DNA of 64,000 bases from Selaginella moellendorffii. Its lineage: Eukaryota; Plantae; Lycopodiophyta. The notes below the pieces were generated by a model, which had not been told where the DNA came from, did not search any database, and saw nothing but the letters and a program-made list of their open reading frames with translations. The stretch lies in assembly GCF_000143415.4 (NCBI RefSeq), contig NW_003314310.1:800611-864610 (forward strand). The letters are read 5' to 3'. Shown piece after piece: positions 50,055-61,906 of this stretch (positions are counted from its first letter, which is position 1; every line of letters starts with the position of its first letter). Made by a program: the position numbers and the translations under genes.

Positions 50055-50646
50055 GAAAAGCAATTATAAACAATTAAAAGGAAATGTTTGAGAGATAGTC
50101 CATAAATAAAAGTGCACCCCCTCAATTAAGAATTAGAATCTTAAGATATTTAAGGTTAAGAGTCCCTATGCTTAAATAGTATTAGGATGACTCACTTAGT
50201 TGAGATATTTGGGGTTATGAGTTATTGGGTTTAAATAGTATTGGGATGGGTAATTTCTCAGTAGTCTAAATTCAAGAGTTTATAATTGTTAAACAAAATC
50301 AAACCTACCAAGGATGCTTAATCATAAATATCCCAAAACCCTTAATTAATTTATGTTCATGTCTCTTTATATTTGAAACCTTAATAAACAATATTTATGC
50401 ACCCCAACATTTTTATTTATAATTTTTTCTTTTAATTTACGAACCTTAATAGTGTAAGTTCTTGAGTTTAGACTTCTCAGAAAATCACCTAACCCAATAT
50501 TATTCAAACCCGAGGACATTTAACCCCAAGTATCCCAAAAATCTTAACCGATTAGAAAATATAGTGCATTATTGTTTATGGGCCTTCTCCCTTTATATTT
50601 GAACCCCATAGATTGCTTCTTAAGTCATTCTCTTTGGTTTCTTATA
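50055..50646. mobile_element. Cluster of decayed 5S-TRIM LTRs: + strand copy about 50055-50284, fragment about 50300-50380, solo LTR 50453-50646 (-)
   Basis: 50453-50646 aligns end-to-end with 43156-43351, with flanks aatag/aataa. 50205-50284 reads like the 5S-derived segment on the + strand. Confidence 0.75.
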
Positions 50647-51799
50647 AATAAATATTCTCTTAAGTTGTTTTTTTATTGCTAATATAATTTTATATATTTT
50701 TTAATACACCATGTGATTCAAAGGGAGTGATATGTATTTTTATAGAGATACCACTATTGCTAAAGAAGTATGGAAAATTGATTCTTGCCTTCCTTTTCAT
50801 AAGAAAAATTTCTTACTAAAGAAAGTGAGGAATATTACTAAAAGAATTATTGTGGATTTCTTATAAAGAATATAAGCATAAATAATTAAACAAATAAAGA
50901 AAATAGATAAAATCTTCACAAATATAAACATGCTTTGACAAAGATTTGTTTGTTATAGCGATCAAGCTGTATACAAATAGACTTAACAAATAAAATAGAA
51001 GAGCTAAAATATTAAGAATCTTGAGAAATATGGATTCAAACATTAAATCGTTGACAAAAAAAAAATGGAGAATAAAAAGTATATGTTCAAAGAATTTTGG
51101 TTCTTGCACTATATATATACTTTTTGCATTTTTCTTTCAATTCACATGGTTTTTCTCACGACTAAAAGTTTTAGTTGTGTTGTTCTTAGTTTAAGTCATC
51201 ACATCTTGGCTTCCTTTTCTTTGACAAAGTATAACCACCTTAACTTTGTTTAGTGTAGGATTCACTATTTTTCTCTAATCACACTCCTTTATTTTCATGT
51301 ATGTTCAGGCTCATGAATCTTGGCTAATTGGAATTTTATTTTTCCATATTCATAGATTTGAAGCTTTCTAGAGAGTGTTTTTAGGTATTCAATTCATTCC
51401 AAGTCTTTTGTAGTATTTCATGGCTCAAGGTTATGGCTTTCTAACTCGTTCTTAAAGAATTAAAGATAGGCAAGATCTAAACCTTTCTTTATTAAAGTTG
51501 TTTATTTCAAAGTGAGGGAAAAAGTTATCTTCTTTATTTTAAAGGAAATTTAAATATCTACTTAGTCATGGATTTCTTTCTTTTAGAGTTATTTTAAGCC
51601 TCTCACCACAAATGCCAAGTTTAGGAGTTTGCCACTTATTGTATATAAATCCACATTCTCTACCGAAATGGTGAATCTTCTTTATTAGAAAGAGTTATTT
51701 GATAATCTCATTAAAAGTATTAAAACCTTTTTTGTGTCCTAGGCACCATATGAAAATAGCTGAATGTTATTGTGTCTAGAATAGAGATGACCTAACATC

Positions 51800-54550
51800 T
51801 GTTATCCAAATTGTATGTTGTGGAAACTAAGTTGCAATAAAGAACTCCAACAAATAGGAAAAGAAAGTATTCACATCGAGCCACCATAAAAGAGTCTTAT
51901 TTAGAGCATAAATATAAAAGTCACTTGATTGTTTGTAGAAAATTAAGTCAAAATCCTGTCTGATATGATTTATGTAAAGACCCCGTGGAAGCGGACATTC
52001 CCAGAACAACTCTACAACATTCTGTGTTGATGCAGTGGAAGTGATAGGGATGAACTGTGCTACCTGTCCATAATCATGAAAATTGCATCCTTGGTTTGGA
52101 TTGAGCTGAGCCCCACAACAAAGTCCATTGACTAGCATAGGGTGAAGCAACCCTAGAGTTGCCACCTTTTCAAATTTCATCTATTGGCATATTGATCACT
52201 CTGCAATCCACCTGCAGACATCCTTCTATAACCCCTTCCAGCAACACTTAATACTCCCTCATGGCAGTTTTGCTCTCCCTTAAATTTTAAGCACTATAGC
52301 TCAGAATTGATGGTGATGTCTCCAAGCTGTCATAAGGTCTCAACCCCAATGATGGTATCAACTGCCCCCATCTGTAGGACTCGAAACATCCCATGAATGT
52401 CAAAGCCACCAACTGAGAAACAACAATCAGCCATAATATCCACGTCCAAAGTCCTGCCATGGAGCTTCAACCTCAAAAGACTCCATTGGTTGATGAAGAT
52501 ATGTGAGGCTTCTGAGTCTATCAACCCAAACATCCTGCAACTGTGCAGTTCCCATAAATGCTAAGAGTGAGATCAATGCATCCTCCACGTGTTGCTGCTC
52601 TCTCCCTCCAGCTCTGGTATGCCAGCTTCAAGGACAAAAACCTCCCAATCCTCCTAGATGTTGTCAGTTTCCACTTGATTGTCTTCTTGGAAATGGAGCA
52701 TGCTGAGTTTTCTCTTGAGAGGAACTCCTACATGCCGCATTGGGCACTTCTCTCTATGACCTCTAAACCAGTGTCCTCCGCAATCAAAACACCACCCCTC
52801 CTTCAAGTCGTTCAACATCTTTCCTTGTGTGGTAGGCTGGTTGCTGGCTGTGGTAGTTGGATTAGTGGCAGGCTGTGGTAGACTTGGAGGCAGGCTGTGG
52901 TAGATCTGGAGGCAGGCCCTGGTGGGGTAGAGAATTCACACAAGACCATCCTATCACACAGCCAACTTTGTGTCAAGTTTATGATACTTGATGTTGGCAC
53001 TTAGTGAGAATTGTATAGCATGATGGACTGATTTGGGCTGGTGTAGAGCTACATCTAAGCCCATGCTTGCCGACAACAAGGTAATATATCACTAGACCAA
53101 TATATCCTCATGCATGTCTGCGACCTTGAATTTCACTTACAGCCACTCCTTGTTAAACTCCTAGAGTATTTGGCACTAAGGAACATACCAAATTGTACAC
53201 AACTTGTTGAACAGCATCTCCTCGACAGGTGTGAGACTGAACTCATCTCGCAAGGCATTCTTGAAGGTCTCCCATGGAAGCATCAAGCCCAAACACTTGG
53301 CATGGTAGTACCACTTGGAGGCTAGTCCCTTGAAATATATTGCCACCAATGGAACTTTTTCTCTCTCTCTAGGACTTTGCTATATAAGAAGAATCTTTCC
53401 ATTCTTCTTGTCCAATTTTGAAGCTTGGCCCTGTCTATGACCCCTATATTCCATGAGTAGGATCTTTTGCTTAGTAGTCAACTAGTGTCAAAGAGGGAAT
53501 ATTGGTCGCTAATCCAGAATTAGATGGCTGTCTAGCATCACAACAGACCCTCCGAGATGATTTGGTATTCCTCATCTATAGCCTCTCGTTCGACTGGAGG
53601 CTCTAGCTCTGGAAGAGGTTCTGGATGTCGTTGCAGAAATCAGGACAAAACTCAGTTTCTTGAGCACCTACAACCCTTAGAGTGATGAATGCACCAACCA
53701 AACACTGGAGGTGCTACTTTGAGCATTTTGATTGGGCAGTTGGCAATTGTGGGCCAAGTGGCTGCCCAACACTCAACAATGCACTCAGCAATAGACATGG
53801 AACCATATACAGCGTTGTATGGTTGACTAATACCAACTCAATTCATGCTCCCAACTGATGTCAACCCCCAGAAGTAGTAGACTAAATCCAGGCGATCGCT
53901 AAGCAGGCTCAAAGCGGAATAGGAGAGGATGAAGTTCCTTGTAGACAAGAAAAGGTTATACAGAATGTTCTAGGTGGGGGGAGTGGGCATACATTTGATA
54001 TAAACTGGAATGCCACACTTTGGGTAGAAGAGAAATACCACACTCTAAGCTTCACCCCTACTTCCTTGGCTCATACAAAGTGGTCGCTTGCATCAATGAG
54101 GTGGATTTCCGCTTAACATTGCCACCAGGAGTCTGTATGCACAATGTCTTCCATGTTGGGGACTTCAAGCTCCACCATTGTCCACTCCCAAAAGGCACAA
54201 TACCAATATTTCTTCTTCTTCTCCTTCTCTCTTTTCTGCCATGTTCCTTCTTTCTCTCATTTCCTTTGTTTTTTTCATCCATTCCACTTGGGAGCTTGGT
54301 AAAGTCTCTATTAGAAGCTCTTGTACACCAGACTTAGTATTGGTCACTAAGTTCTTTATGGACATGCAAGTTCATAACAACAAGTCTACGGCCAACTTCC
54401 TCATCATTGACTATGTTGCTTTGGGAGCCTCTAGACAAGAGAAGTTAGTTATACTTGGCCTGCCATGGTTAGAAGTGGCACCTTGCTTGTTCAATTTTGA
54501 GAACTACTAGCTGTATATTGGGCAAGGAGCCAGCCAGGTAACAGTCCTCA
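51800..54550. mobile_element. Mixed degenerate Ty3/gypsy fragments (gag-protease-integrase on -, integrase GPY/F tail and protease tail on +)
   Basis: LIDSEASHIFI (protease, -); KLHPYFLGSYKVV...RLTLP...HNVFHV (integrase tail, +); VILGLPWLE. Confidence 0.65.
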
Positions 54551-57500
54551 ATGTTAAAGGACAAGAACTAGCCTCTTAGGACATGGCTTAGATTGCACGA
54601 CCAGGCTCCTCTCCACAACAATTTAGTCCTTGCTCGTCATACACTGATATGGGGATAGAGTCTCAACCTTTGGGATGTAACATGGTCAACTTTTTCCATA
54701 TGGATTTGACAATAATGTTCCTCAACTTCCTCTTTATCCACTCTAAGTCTCACTCAGGCTCAAGGAGGCAAAGGATCTAGAAACAATTCTTGAGATTCCT
54801 AAAATGTCCAACTTAGAGGACAATATAGTTTAGTGGTGCCTTTGGAGAGAAATTTTTTTGCCACATATCATGATGAGGGGCCAAAAGAGGATTCTCTTAA
54901 GGACCTCCTCACACAGCCTTAGGCACTAGAGGTGGTTCTTCCCAGCTTCAACGTCAGACAGTTCTCTACTGGAGGGGGTGACTTGCACATAAATTTTCCA
55001 GTAGAAGCAATGGATCCTCAGCTTATGGATGACCAGGCTCAGTAAGACTAGGCAGAGATGCAGCTGTGGTCACCATTAAGGCCACTTTCACTTGAGCTTG
55101 AACCACTCGTATTTGTGTTGCTAAGGGAGTTTGCAGTTGTGAACTAGATATTTCTTCCTCTCTTGGAGCCCATATCCACCAGCAAACCTTGCCTTTACAC
55201 AACAATCTTAAAGGCATATGTATGTCACTTCCAGTGCCCACAAGCACACATTTGCAATAATTTAGAGACCATTTCTAGCCACAACTTTTTCTTTTGACCT
55301 TCTCCAAGCCTCTCCCTAGGCTGGAGAAACTCCTGAAGAGAGTTGGGCTGGCACTTGAGAAAAATTGTCACTGTCTAGAGAATCTACAAGCTTGTTGCAC
55401 TCATGCACTTGGTTTAGCTACAACGTCAGAGTGTTGTGGATCATGGTACATCACTCCAAACCTCTCCAACCATAGGATGCTAGCCATGGCACCACCCACA
55501 GGCGATTGTGGCATCTTCCACAAGCATTGATACTTCACTTGATTTTTGTGAGTGCTTTAGACTGAGTTTTTTTGCTTTGGAGGCATTTCCTTCCATACTC
55601 CAAGGGCCTAATCTATTTACTTAGTATCTACTTAATCTAATTACTTAGTATTTTAAAAGAAGAATATGAGTATTTTTTAGTTTCTTAAGTGTTGTATATA
55701 TACCTTATGAGTTTTTGGTTTTCTTAAGCAAAACCTGTAGGGATGGTAGTGGATATACCTAGAATATATTTGGATATTTAAGAATATTCTACCATCTAAT
55801 GATTGTTATTCATTTAGATTAATCTTGTATTTATACTTTATAAACATGTTTATAATTTATAAAATTTCCTAGTATTCTTTTTATTCTACCACCTAATGGT
55901 TAATATGCAATAAAATTAATCTTGATTTACAAATTATAAAGATGTTTATAATTATTGATTAATTGGATTATTCAAAAATACTAAATAACTATGACACTAC
56001 TATTAAGCAAGCATTGCTGCATACAATGCACAATTTTTTTTTAATTTATTGAGTATATATATAAGTTTTTTCTTAAAGTTTATCCCTGTAAAGTAGTTTT
56101 TAGGTTGAGTGAGGATTGCTGCTCATTTTCAGTGTCTCGGAAATGATTAAGTTTTTCTCAATGGTGCTGCTACACACACTTACCAGTTCCAGCCTTGTCA
56201 GATGCACCACGATCATTAGCTCATCCTCATTCGGAAGAAGAATTCTGTATGCCCATGAGGAAGATGGACTAGTAGGACTTTGGACAAGAGAGAGCAAGTA
56301 AGGATTCTTAGGATCAAGAAAACCATTACAATTGGTGAGGAGAAATGGGATGACCTTGTATCGTCCCACATCATACACTTGTGGCTTCAAGCTGGAGATA
56401 AGGATACATCTATATCACTTGGCAAATGAAATGGTGGATTGGTATGGCAGTCGAGACTATGAACACAAGATTCCATGGAGTCCATTCCTTTCCTAGAAAT
56501 CGTTCACTGGTGGGAGGTTTAGACCTGATAGTTTAGCTTGCCTCATGGCAGTCAAGAAGAAACAAGGCCAAACCTACATCCTCAAAGAACTTAAAAAACA
56601 TTTATAAGCTTGGATCCATCACTTGCTTGCACACGAGGTTGTGTTGGATGTCACCATGGAACTCTTATGGCTCTACCATATATAGATTCAGATGCCTAAC
56701 AGTTTATTATTATGTTAGGGTAAATGTTGGCTGCCATGGCACCTTTTTTTCTCAGTATTGCTGCCATGGCTGCCCTCTTTCCAAGCCAACAATTGAGATG
56801 CCATAGCTGGCTGTGGCTGGCCATAGCCATGGCCTTGCAAGCCATGGCACTGTTTAAGTGTTGTAGCACAACCCCAATGTTGGCATGCTTGTAAGTTTTC
56901 TTTTCTTCTCTTGCCATTTATTTTATTTTCTTTCATCTTATTTCTTACCAAGATGCCATGACTAGGTGAGAGATCCAAGCATGAGGTAAAACTTCAGTCA
57001 CAATGTCGGATCCAGCACAACCTTTTCCTGGCAAGCACAGAGGTTTGTTTCTTCTATGTTTATAGGTCATCTCTAAGTATCTCACTAACAAATAACCTCA
57101 TGTAAAAAGCTATGAAGTTGGACTGAATGCAATGCATCTAAAACTCATATGAGTATAGTAAAATAGTAAAACTAAATAAAAAACTTAAAGCAGTATCTCT
57201 AGTGTTTCTTTTCTCTTTCTTTTCTTTCTTCCAGCTTTCTATTTTGTTATAAATTATGTTTTCCTCTGGAGAACTAAGATCTTCCTTGAGTTCTGTTCTC
57301 AAGGTATTCATTCAGAAGGTCAAGTTTCTTCTATGTTTACTTCTTTGTCCCAGTTTTCTCCACATTACTTCATTCTACACATCATACTCTTAAATGTCAT
57401 CTATTCATAGTCACCATTCACTCACCTGTTCACCAGCTGCATCATTGTCTTTCAATTTTCTGCTTATATTCTATTCCATATCTCTCATACAATAATGGGG

Positions 57501-58559
57501 ATTCGACTACGTCATGTCCAGCACAGCATTACACAGTGGAAACATTATAAAACAGCACAAATACAAAGATATGGTGTAAACTATCTCAATGTAGTGATCT
57601 TTCTGCAAATTTCTAGACACTATAGCAGCTGATTTCTACAGCAGTTGGTGTTGGTTGGACCTGATCCTGACAGAATGCCAAGCACTTTTGATGGACAGAT
57701 GTTGTTGGTGAAACACACTCTCCACAACACCAAAAGTAGCAAATGCCACGTACTAGCTGCACATGTTTTTCTCTTCTATGACAATTATATGAATTGCAAA
57801 GACACTTAATAACCATCACATGCTAAAAGACCCCCACCACTATCCTCTCACACCATTTGGCCACCACTGTCATTCATCTCTTCATGCTGTCACAATTATT
57901 ACTTACAATCATCACTTCCATTTTCTTTGTTTGGGACTTTGAGGCTTACTTGGGAGAGTTTGGAATATTTCTTTTGAGGCAACAGCTCAATTTAGTCCTT
58001 GATATCCTTGGCTGCATCTTTACTTTTTGCCTCTCTTTACTTTCTTTGTGGTTGCCTGATCCTAAGAATTTTTTTATCCCAAAATATTCCACCATCTTTT
58101 ATCAAAGCCATGCTTGAGCATGAGAGAATAAAGATTGCATGAGCAGAAGAGAGTGTGAGAGAGGGTTGGGGCTAGAGCCCTAATACAACCACTAAGGGGA
58201 CTAAAATTGATTACAAATGATGCATTTGAGAAAAAAAATGGGAAGGTATTACAAAAAAAGAGCACTTGGGTAGAGGCCATTTCTAGTTTCAAGTAAGCAG
58301 CAAGAAATCTTACACTCTCTGTGAAATATGCTTTAAAACTATATTAGGCAAGTCCTAATGACTCCAAAATTTGCACTACTTCTAGCACCTTGGGGGGAAG
58401 CTATGTCCATCATGGCCCTAAGCATCCATCTCATATATTGGGAATCATAACTTTAGTCATGTTGTCATTCTGTTTAATTTTCCCACTATTACAGAATTTT
58501 TATTTAAAGTAACACTCGTCTCCAACAAATGCTAAAGTGAAAAAAGTGGACAAGAGGGG

Positions 58560-58720
58560 CTAATAAAGGGAATCAGCAGTACCAACCTCTTGCCAACATG
58601 GCAGTAAAGAAAGAGTGTCCATAAGGATTGGCCGACAAGTATCTTTCAATACCCAAAGTCACATTCATGACACTCTCCCCCCTTAAGGAAGATTGATGTC
58701 CTCGTTGATGCATACCCGAA
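58560..58720 (-). mobile_element. LTR end plus PPT fragment of the 23775 family
   Basis: aagtcacattcatgaca-ctctcccccct-taaggaagattgatgtcctc matches 24890-24945. Confidence 0.8.
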
Positions 58721-59599
58721 ACAACTCCAAAAGTTAATAGAAAGCACACTAGAACTTATAGAAAATCCAAGGTGTTTGTATTCGTTCTCAAAGGTACCAC
58801 TGGTGACAAGAATGAAACATTTATAGCTAGAAAAATGAAAGTGTTTTTTTATCTCTTCCCATTCCTTGAGTCTTTATTTGGAATATAAATAAAAAATGAC
58901 ATTTCAAGATGGGAACATTCTTCTGAACAGACATATTGTCACTCCCCGCTACCAATGTAAGCAACTTGAAGTAAAAGAGAAAATCAAGCAAGCTATGTGC
59001 AATGAAATCTTCACTTCTTTTCCTTTTCTTGTTTCCTTCTATAACCACAACATCTGGATAGCTAAATTAGAACATCCAAACTATTAAAGTGCTAGAAAGT
59101 TCTTTACTAAAATTTCTTTCCTAATCTGAGAGCAAGCATTACTATGATGGATCATAGCTCAAAGATCAAAAACAGAGCTCTAGTGCTTTGTTTGTCACTG
59201 ATATGACAAGTCTTTACACTGAAGGTAGTAGCAAGCCTTTGAAAATCCTTGAACAAGACATTAAGCTTTGGTGCATTTACAAGTTTTTATTGAAAGAAGA
59301 TTGAGTTGCACTACTTTTATCTTTGGCAGCTTCATTGTGTTGTGGATTCTTGTAAGCTGCTTAATTAGTGGTAGCACTAGAAATAGCAGTGCAAGAATTG
59401 CTGGAAAAGAATGATGTAAACAGGTTAAATTTGTTCTAAGAAGAAAATTATACTTCGAGCTTTTGGTGATTGCATTGGAAAAGAAAAAATACATGATATA
59501 CTGTAAAAGCAATAGTTGTTCTTAGAGGCTTCATAATTTAGTGTTGGAGAGATTGGCTAGCTTGTCTCATCAACATATTCACAAGAAATCATGAATATA

Positions 59600-60320
59600 G
59601 TGTACAGCAAATCAATCAAGCTGCACTAATGCAAAGCTCAATCGCGTGGCCTCGTCAAAGGCAGTCATTGTGGAAGGCCAGGATATGGTAGTAAGAGTGC
59701 TGAAAAACATGACCAGAGCCAGGAAGAAAATATCCCATCATATAGGAAGGAAAAAAGAGCTCCCTTGGTTTCTTGGTCTCATTTCCAGGAGTCATACATT
59801 TGAATAAAAAAGCTTTTTCCATTTAGATTATTAATAGATTTCAGCAAAATTTGGTGGAAAAGTTTGGTCTCAAAACTAAAAACATGGCTGGAGAAGTGTA
59901 TGAATATATCTTATATAAAAGCATGGAGTGGGAAGGAAAAAGCTACTCAAAAAATTTACAAATATGCTCATCACAAGCAATCTCAGCAATTACACTTCTT
60001 TGTAAAGAAAGATGACAGATGCTTGTTTGTTGCATATAGAGCATCTCTAATTAGAGTATCCTTTGGCATTTATGGTTAATAATGCAAATTGGGTATAATT
60101 TTTGTAGAACTTGAAAATTGCACTTTAGATTCACCTTCAAAAACCCATTGCCCTCCAAGTCACTTAAATAAGAAGTGTGACTATATTGACAATGTTGGAC
60201 AAGAAAAATGGGCTTTCTATTGTGATGATGTTACAAGATTGGTCAGACCTACAAATATATCAATAGATTTAGTGATTTGTGTACAATTTGAAGTGGCTTT
60301 AGGTAAATTTTAGTGATGTT
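59600..60320 (+). pseudogene. Possible decayed Mutator-like (MULE) transposase fragment
   Basis: CDYIDNVGQEKWAFYCDDVTRLVRPTNIS resembles the MULE Y..i..E.WA..Y....R....TtN motif; broken by stops. Confidence 0.4.
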
Positions 60321-60518
60321 TGTGGAATTTAGAATGATTATGGATTCTTTTGATACTAGTTTATAAATTTGATTTGATGTGAAGAGGCAATATATCCAAA
60401 ATATATACTTCATAAGTGCAAGAGTCTTAGGCTCAAATCCTGCCAAGAATGAAATCACTTTGCAACTTTTGAGTATGTAAAACCCTAGAAGTGGGCTTTA
60501 GGGCTGCCAAGGGAAGCA

Positions 60519-61765
60519 ATGGAAATTAGAAATGATGCATTTGAGAAGAAGGTTGAGTGGGCATTACAAGCTAGAAGAGCACTTGGGCAGAGGCCACTTC
60601 CAGTATTCATAGCAGGTAATAAGGTGAACCTTGCACTCTTGCTAGACAAGGTGAAAGAGTCAGGTGGGTACTCTAAAACTAGTGGGTCTAGAAAGTGGGG
60701 GGATGTGGCAGCCTCAATAGGGTTGCCACCACATTGTGGGCCTAGTGTCAAGTTAGTCTATCTGAAGTACCTCAAGGCTTTTGAGAGTGGCAGGGTCTTT
60801 GGTGCTGGTGCTACATCTGCAAATGTCACCAAAGCCAGTGTTGATCCAAATGAAAAGCCTTCAATCCACTCTCATGTCAAAGAGGCCCTAAAGCCTCCAA
60901 TTCACTCTCATGTCAAAGAGGCCCTGGCCCATTTGAGGAAGCTGGCTCTGGATCCAGGAAATGCAGCCCTCCGTGAAGGGGACAGTGGGAAATTCCAAGC
61001 TACAATCAGGGCATTCTTGGGTCGCCTCCAGAGGCAAGACAACCACCAAAAGGTACAATTAATCAATCCAATGGTTTATGTCATTTAATAACTAACTGAC
61101 GTCTTCGTATGTATTTTTACGTACAGAGATACGATAACACTAGAGCACGACGACCTTCCAAGTATAGCCTTCGCTCTCTCACACCTCGACCCAAACCTCA
61201 GCCTCCAAGTTCCTCGGAGCCTGAGAGCGTTCCAATCGGACCAAGCTTTCAAGCCAAAGTTCCCTCCACCGTGGCTCTCCATGCCGACGACGATGACTCA
61301 AAGCTCTTTCTAGGAAGAGTGGTCTGGTCCAAAAGGGTGGCGAGAAACCGAAGCCATACCGCTAGTACGTGCTTCAGCGCGGACGATAGCGCGGAAGACT
61401 CTGTGAAGCTACACGTCAACGAGCAACGCAGGAAGCTCAAGCTGGAGCTGGGAGAGGACGTCTTCCGCGAGTGGGGGTTTCACTCAATGGGGGAGAGCTT
61501 AATCAAGTCGGCCAAGTGGAGCAGGCAAGAGCAAGCTGAGTTTGCGGCGATCGTGAGAAGCTGCCGCGGGGACAAGGAGGAGAAGCTTTGGCCGGACCTC
61601 CAAGCTTCCTTCGCGGGAAGGAGGAGCCGGGAGGAGCTGGTAAGCTACTACTTTAACGTCTACGTGCTGAGAAAGAGAGCTCTCCAAAACAGAAGCTACG
61701 CACCTGACAGTGAGAAGTTTGATACTGACGAGGAGGACGACGACTTACCAGGCTTGATGATCTGA
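60519..61765 (+). CDS. ARID-ELM2-SANT chromatin protein (ARID1-like), copy 2 (exons 60519-61052, 61127-61765; about 390 aa)
   Basis: ARID: PVFIAGNKVNLALLLDKVKESGGY...WGDVAASIG...VKLVYLKYLKAFE. ELM2-like: VPIGPSFQAKVP. SANT-like: WSRQEQAEF...LVSYYFNVYVLRKRALQNR. Telo-box AAACCCTAG at 60480. Confidence 0.88.
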
Positions 61766-61906
61766 CTTGATGACAGCTTCTTCACTTCAGGCATGTTTTT
61801 GGACTCGCGCTCCTTGAAGCGATTCTCAGACTTATCTAAGAGGTGAAGCCAACATCCAACCAGTGTCATCAGGAAAAATGGCGGTAGAAGAAACTCCCTT
61901 TTTTCT

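Noticed and set aside
57613-57830. Cys/His-rich ORF suggestive of a transposase zinc finger
   Set aside because: Too short and decayed to assign; no supporting catalytic domain recognised nearby.
17940-61845. The two ARID copies as an assembly or haplotype artefact
   Set aside because: They differ by many substitutions and indels and have different introns and upstream DNA, beyond allelic divergence.
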